A stretch of DNA of 64,000 bases from Candidatus Latescibacterota bacterium (GTDB taxonomy: Bacteria > Latescibacterota > UBA2968 > GCA-2709665). The stretch's first letter is position 1, and every line of letters starts with the position of its first letter. The notes under the pieces were generated by a model, which was given only the letters and a program-made list of their open reading frames with translations, searched no databases and was not told the DNA's origin. Positions 59,189-64,000 of this stretch are shown here, piece by piece. The stretch lies in the NCBI GenBank assembly GCA_965203805.1, contig OZ241917.1, forward strand, positions 4,736,001 to 4,800,000, written 5' to 3'. Position numbers and translations under genes: made by a program.

Positions 59189-59971
59189 ATGTTGGGATGT
59201 CTGGCAATGGCTTGTTCGATCTCACCAGGATTTGGACGCCTTTTCGCGGTAGGGTTGCTGTTTTTGTTGGCGGCGTGCGCAACTCCCGGCCGGAGAACAG
59301 CTCCACCGGCGCCGGCCGCCGACGAGCATTTCGATCCGCAAAGCGTCGGCGACGATGACTTCTTACTGAAACCGCCGGCAGGGGCAGAAATCCCCCCTGT
59401 CGATCCGACTCCCGCGGCAGCGCCTTCCGTCGTCCGTCTCGACGGATTTCGGGTGCAAATCGCGGTGGTATCGAGTCTCGAACGGGCGGAGAGGGTCAAA
59501 AGCGAAGCGGAGCCGAAATTCGGGATTCCGGTTCATATCTACCGCGACCCGGACACCGGGCTGCATAAGATACAGGTGGGAAACGGGAGGACTGCAACAG
59601 AGGTCGAGCCCCTGCGTGACCAGGCAAAGAACCAGGGGTACCCTGAGGCGTTTATCGTGCGAACCGCGATTGAACTCCCTCGCGCCGCAGTTCACGGTCC
59701 GGAATCAGTGGTTGGCTTCCGCGTTCAAATATTCGCGGCTTCAAGCCGAGTTGCCGCCGAAAGCGAGGTGGCCAGGGTCCGGGACACCCTGGGACAGGAC
59801 GACGTTTATATAAAGTACGAACCCCCGTACTTCAAGGTCCGTATCGGGAATTTTCGAACCCGAGAAGCCGCAGAAGGGCTGATGGGAAGACTTAAGGCAT
59901 ACGGATACGATACCACCTTTGTGGTGGGGACACACATCGAAACATCCACAGAAGAGACAACCGGCAACTGA
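59189..59971 (+). CDS. SPOR-domain lipoprotein (two SPOR domains)
   Basis: Lipobox LAAC; two GFRVQI...KV.(I/V)GN...A repeats. Confidence 0.85.
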   Translation: MLGCLAMACSISPGFGRLFAVGLLFLLAACATPGRRTAPPAPAADEHFDPQSVGDDDFLLKPPAGAEIPPVDPTPAAAPSVVRLDGFRVQIAVVSSLERAERVKSEAEPKFGIPVHIYRDPDTGLHKIQVGNGRTATEVEPLRDQAKNQGYPEAFIVRTAIELPRAAVHGPESVVGFRVQIFAASSRVAAESEVARVRDTLGQDDVYIKYEPPYFKVRIGNFRTREAAEGLMGRLKAYGYDTTFVVGTHIETSTEETTGN

Positions 59972-60112
59972 ACGCGTACGGGGTTGACCGCGACGGTGAC
60001 GCTGCCGCAGCCGCCGCGAACTCAGGCCTGCATTGCGCGACCGATCCGTTGCCCGTTCCAACGGCATTTCCCGGTGGCCGGGCTTCCGGATCGACTTCTC
60101 CAGAATATCCAG

Positions 60113-61978
60113 ATGAGAGTTAGCCCGTTGACCCCGAGAGTCGCGACTTGCAGCCTTTTGGTTCTGTTTCTGTTCACGGGATGTTCGACGACCAGACAGG
60201 TCGCGAAGATACCCGAAGTCGAAACGCCGACTCTGACTGAGAAGGCGCCGGAAGCCGGCGAGGATTCCACGGCAGTCAGAGCAGTCAGAAAGGAACGCCC
60301 GCGTCCGGACAGGAGACGTATTCAGCGGGATGCAGAGACACTTGAGAAGGCCCTGGGCGACGAAACGGCGTTATCCGTGGAACGCCTGTGTATTCTGCTC
60401 ACCGATTCCGCGATAACCGGAACCTTTGCGAAGGAGCGTCACCTCGAATTGCTTCGCACGGCGTTCAAGCGATATCGGGGGAAGATCCCGCCGTCCGGGC
60501 TCCTGCGGCCAAACTCCGTCATGGCGCGGCTGCTCGACGCCATTCCCGACAGCCTCCGTTCGCAATTGCGCGAAGACGTTCATTTCAGAGAACTCTATGT
60601 CCGCAAGCTGGCGGGCGCCGCCGATGTTCCGGTCGACTACAATTCCGAGGTCGTCAAGACGATCCGTTATTTCCAGACCACCGCCCGGAAGGCATTCAAG
60701 GCCTGGCTTTCGCGTTCACCTCTCTATGTCCCGATGATTCGAGAAGCACTGCGTGACGCGGGTCTTCCGGAGGACCTCGTCTATAAGGCCATGATCGAGA
60801 GCGGCTTCAACCCCAGAGCCTATTCGCGTGCAAGGGCGGTTGGTATCTGGCAGTTCGTTCGGGGCACGGCCAGGCTTTACGGTCTCAAGAACAACGGCTG
60901 GATCGATGAACGGCGGGATCCGGAAAAGTCGACGCGTGCCGCGATCCTGCATATCCGCCACCTTTACGAACTGTTTGGCGACTGGCGTCTTGTTATTGCC
61001 GCGTACAACTGTGGGCAGGGCCGTCTACAACGCATTATTCAGCGTTCGAGAACGGACGATTTCTGGAGACTGAGGGGCTTGCCCAGGGAAACGCGGAGAC
61101 ACGTCCCAAGATTCATGGCTGCCCTCATCATCTCCAAAGATCCCGAGTGGTTCGGGTTTAACGATGTGGTCTATCAGACACCTGAGACATACGACTCAGT
61201 ACCGGTGATGGAGTGTGTCGACCTTCGTGTGGCCGCCGAATGTGCGGGTACGACCTACACGCGGATGCGAGTGCTGAATCCTGAACTCTATTCGGGCTAT
61301 ACGCCGCCGGGCAGGCGGACGCCCTATTATCTGAGAGTTCCGGCGGGCGCGGCCGACCGATTCAGAGTCAACTACGCGCGTGTTCCTGCGAGTCGGAAAT
61401 CTCGAATGGTCGAATACCTGATGCGTTACGGCGATACGATTTCCGGAGTTGCCCGCCGGTTCGGTACGTCGACCGAAGCGGTGCTCGCGGCGAACAACAT
61501 AACGAATCCAAGGCGCGTTCGAGCGGGCACAAGGCTGAAGATTCCCATTTTCCCGAACGGGAGACCCACGCGGTCAGCGAGGAAAACTGCGCGCGTGTCG
61601 GCGCCCGATTCGGACACGCACCGGAAAGTCGCGCATCGTGTAAAGAAGGGAGATACCCTGTGGGAAATCGGACGCCTTTACGGTGTCACCCCGAATCAGA
61701 TCAGGGCGTGGAATGACCTCAAGCGGCATATTGCGCCGGGTGACCGCCTGGTCATCTGGAGGCCGGAGGCGCGTCAGATAGCCCTGGCCAATTCTTCGGA
61801 CCAGCGACGCGGCGAATTCTATATAGTCCAATCGGGCGATACGCTCTGGGACATCGCGCGCAGTTTCAGAGTCCGGGTCAACGACCTCAAGAAATGGAAC
61901 CGCATCCGCAAACCCGGCAGTTTGCGGGTGGGCGCCCGGCTACTCATACGACCGACCGTGTCCCGGGCTGTCGACTGA
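60113..61978 (+). CDS. mltD: MltD-like lytic transglycosylase with three LysM domains
   Basis: FTGC lipobox, MIESGFNP, AVGIWQF, AAYNCGQG; three LysM (GDTISGVA, GDTLWEIG, GDTLWDIA). Confidence 0.9.
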   Translation: MRVSPLTPRVATCSLLVLFLFTGCSTTRQVAKIPEVETPTLTEKAPEAGEDSTAVRAVRKERPRPDRRRIQRDAETLEKALGDETALSVERLCILLTDSAITGTFAKERHLELLRTAFKRYRGKIPPSGLLRPNSVMARLLDAIPDSLRSQLREDVHFRELYVRKLAGAADVPVDYNSEVVKTIRYFQTTARKAFKAWLSRSPLYVPMIREALRDAGLPEDLVYKAMIESGFNPRAYSRARAVGIWQFVRGTARLYGLKNNGWIDERRDPEKSTRAAILHIRHLYELFGDWRLVIAAYNCGQGRLQRIIQRSRTDDFWRLRGLPRETRRHVPRFMAALIISKDPEWFGFNDVVYQTPETYDSVPVMECVDLRVAAECAGTTYTRMRVLNPELYSGYTPPGRRTPYYLRVPAGAADRFRVNYARVPASRKSRMVEYLMRYGDTISGVARRFGTSTEAVLAANNITNPRRVRAGTRLKIPIFPNGRPTRSARKTARVSAPDSDTHRKVAHRVKKGDTLWEIGRLYGVTPNQIRAWNDLKRHIAPGDRLVIWRPEARQIALANSSDQRRGEFYIVQSGDTLWDIARSFRVRVNDLKKWNRIRKPGSLRVGARLLIRPTVSRAVD

Positions 61979-62051
61979 GTCAACCGGCAGAACAAGGAGG
62001 GAGGGCTCGCCCACGCCCCAACTGTCGCTCCTGAGAGTCCTTCGAGACCTT

Positions 62052-62540
62052 TTGCTGATCGCCCTGGCGCTGCTCATCCAGACTTCCTGGGCGCATTCGG
62101 TCCGAATTCTGGATGTCGGCCCGGATTTTGTGATCATCGTGCTGGTATACCTGGCCATAAACAGAGGGCAGATTGAAGGCACATTATACGGGTTCGCATC
62201 CGGCTTCCTGCTGGATGTCTACAGTCCCGAGACGATGGGCATCAACGCGCTTGCAAACAGCGTGGTGGGATTCTCCGTCGGCCATTTCCGATCGGGCGTC
62301 ACTATCGAAGATTTCCGCATGCAGGCCCTGCTGCTCTTCGTGGCGGTTCTGCTGCACGACGTGATCTATTTTGTTTTCGCGAACATTTTCTCGAATCCGG
62401 ATGCGATTCTGGCATTGATCGTCCGGTTCGGGATCGGGACGGCACTTTACACCGTGGTCGTTGGAGTCGGCATTTCGCTGGTATTGTCCATTCGCTTCAA
62501 CAAGGGAATTTACCTTGATGCGCGACGACTTTATGGATAA
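62052..62540 (+). CDS. mreD: Rod shape-determining protein MreD
   Basis: Hydrophobic, PDFVII...GF..GFLLDVYS...GINAL; immediately upstream of mrdA. Confidence 0.88.
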   Translation: MLIALALLIQTSWAHSVRILDVGPDFVIIVLVYLAINRGQIEGTLYGFASGFLLDVYSPETMGINALANSVVGFSVGHFRSGVTIEDFRMQALLLFVAVLLHDVIYFVFANIFSNPDAILALIVRFGIGTALYTVVVGVGISLVLSIRFNKGIYLDARRLYG

Positions 62541-64000
62541 CGGCTTTCGGAAGACGCGGGGACGATGGATGATGTCGGTGGTCATCGTCCTGTTCGCCAT
62601 TCTGTTTGTCGGCGTGTTCCGGCTGCAGATTACAGACAGCGAACGCTACAGCATCCAGTCCAAGAAAAACACGATGCAGGTGGTGCCCATCGAAGCCGGT
62701 CGAGGACTTATTACGGATCGCAACGGCGTCGTCCTCGTAGACAATCGGCCTTCATACACCATCTCCGTGCTTCCACAACGACTGCGTGGAAATACCGATC
62801 CGACGGTTCGCGGGCGCGTGGTCAACCGGCTCAGCCAGGTTGCGGGCCTGCCGGTACTGCGCATTAACCGAAAACTCGAAGACCGAAACCGCCGTATTCA
62901 CGAGCCGGTAAGACTGATACGAGACGTTGGATTCAACATCGTGTCTGTCGTGGAAGAAGAACGCCACGATCTGCCGGGTGTGGAAATACAGTATGAAGCC
63001 CGCAGGGGATATCTCAGCCTCAACGGCGGCCCCCCTCTTGCGCCTCATATCGTCGGATATGTCGGATTGATCGACCCTGAGACCTATAAGCATAAGCGGG
63101 AGATGGGTTACCGTCTGGACGATCAGATCGGCAAACGGGGGATTGAGCGCTTGTGCGAGCCTGTTCTGAGGGGCCGGGAAGGCTTGAAATTCATCGAGGT
63201 CGACGCCTTCGGCAGAGAGGTCGGCAGCTTTCCCGAAAAGACAACCCTGCCGCAACGGGGTATCGATGTCCAGCTGACCCTGGACTGGCGATTGCAGCAG
63301 GCTGCGGAACTTGCGTTTGCCGATTCGCTGAGAGGCAGCCTGGTGGCGATGAATCCAAACAACGGAGCGATCCTCGCCATGGTCAGCAAACCCGGATTTC
63401 ATCCGCAATCGATCCGCGACCTGCGCCAATGGCGAGCCCTGAAGGCCGACAAGTCAAACCCCCTGCTGAACCGGAGCATAAAGGGCGAATACCCCCCTGC
63501 CTCGGTTTTCAAGATGGTTGCTGCGATTGCCGGTCTTGAAACGGGCTTGATCGACTCCGAAACAGCGCGATTCCGGTCCTGTACGGGCAGGATGAAGTTC
63601 GGAGACAGGGTTTTCCGCTGCCACAAGGCCACAGGGTGTGGGCGGCTGTCGCTGCGTGGCGCGCTTATCCGCTCCTGCGACGTCTACTTTTACCAGCTGG
63701 GACGCAAGGTAGGGATTACCAACTGGAATCGTTACACCAGAATGCTCGGATTCGGTCAGCCCACTGGAATCGACATCGCTGCCGGAGGCGATGGCGAGGC
63801 TGCGGGACTCGTCACCGACCGTTCGTACTACAGAGAACGTTATGGACACTGGGCGGAAGGGTACATGCTGAATCTCACAATCGGCCAGGGCGAGACCTCC
63901 GTGACCCCCGTACAGATTGCCCGTTACATCAGCGCGCTGGCTGTCGGCAAACTGCCGCGCCCCCGTGTCCTGAAGAGTACGGCCCCCGAGTCCACCCCGG
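62533..64000 (+). CDS. mrdA: Penicillin-binding protein 2, runs off the window
   Basis: Not in the ORF track. MDNGFRKTRGRW, TM helix, RGLITDRNG, GKRGIE, YPPASVFK (SxxK), SCDVYFY, IGQG...TPVQ. Confidence 0.93.
   Translation, partial: MDNGFRKTRGRWMMSVVIVLFAILFVGVFRLQITDSERYSIQSKKNTMQVVPIEAGRGLITDRNGVVLVDNRPSYTISVLPQRLRGNTDPTVRGRVVNRLSQVAGLPVLRINRKLEDRNRRIHEPVRLIRDVGFNIVSVVEEERHDLPGVEIQYEARRGYLSLNGGPPLAPHIVGYVGLIDPETYKHKREMGYRLDDQIGKRGIERLCEPVLRGREGLKFIEVDAFGREVGSFPEKTTLPQRGIDVQLTLDWRLQQAAELAFADSLRGSLVAMNPNNGAILAMVSKPGFHPQSIRDLRQWRALKADKSNPLLNRSIKGEYPPASVFKMVAAIAGLETGLIDSETARFRSCTGRMKFGDRVFRCHKATGCGRLSLRGALIRSCDVYFYQLGRKVGITNWNRYTRMLGFGQPTGIDIAAGGDGEAAGLVTDRSYYRERYGHWAEGYMLNLTIGQGETSVTPVQIARYISALAVGKLPRPRVLKSTAPESTP

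Overview
This is a GC-rich bacterial chromosomal window. PorV/PorQ-family proteins, sigma-54 systems and an internalin-like LRR lipoprotein suggest an FCB-group organism, possibly host-associated; this is inference only. It has four zones. (1) 1-23.8 kb: the 5' part of sppA, then a largely co-oriented run of accessory enzymes (GNATs, SAM methyltransferases, three NUDIX hydrolases behind dcd, AAC(3)- and APH-like enzymes, RidA, an S8 protease fused to HEAT-like repeats) interleaved with five toxin-antitoxin modules or relics. (2) 24-30 kb: a sigma-54 activator/hybrid kinase pair with a full UAS-IHF-(-24/-12) promoter, plus an LRR lipoprotein. (3) 30.6-56.1 kb, the most unusual part: an all-minus-strand locus with a PrsK/PrsR-like two-component pair, a consensus sigma-54 promoter driving a CDP-alcohol phosphatidyltransferase and a flippase-like gene, eight paralogous secreted proteins with variable numbers of a ~75-aa repeat (seven sharing a C-terminal helical-hairpin/beta-hairpin tail), two PorV-like barrels and seven paralogous lipoproteins. 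Duplications, stubs and identical tracts point to recombinational shuffling. (4) 56.5-64 kb: a deletion-fused ABC transporter relic behind an attenuator-like leader, a lactonase, and cell-wall genes (SPOR, mltD-like, mreD, mrdA). I found no rRNA, tRNA, CRISPR array, integrase or transposase. Family assignments are from motif recognition by eye, not database searches.
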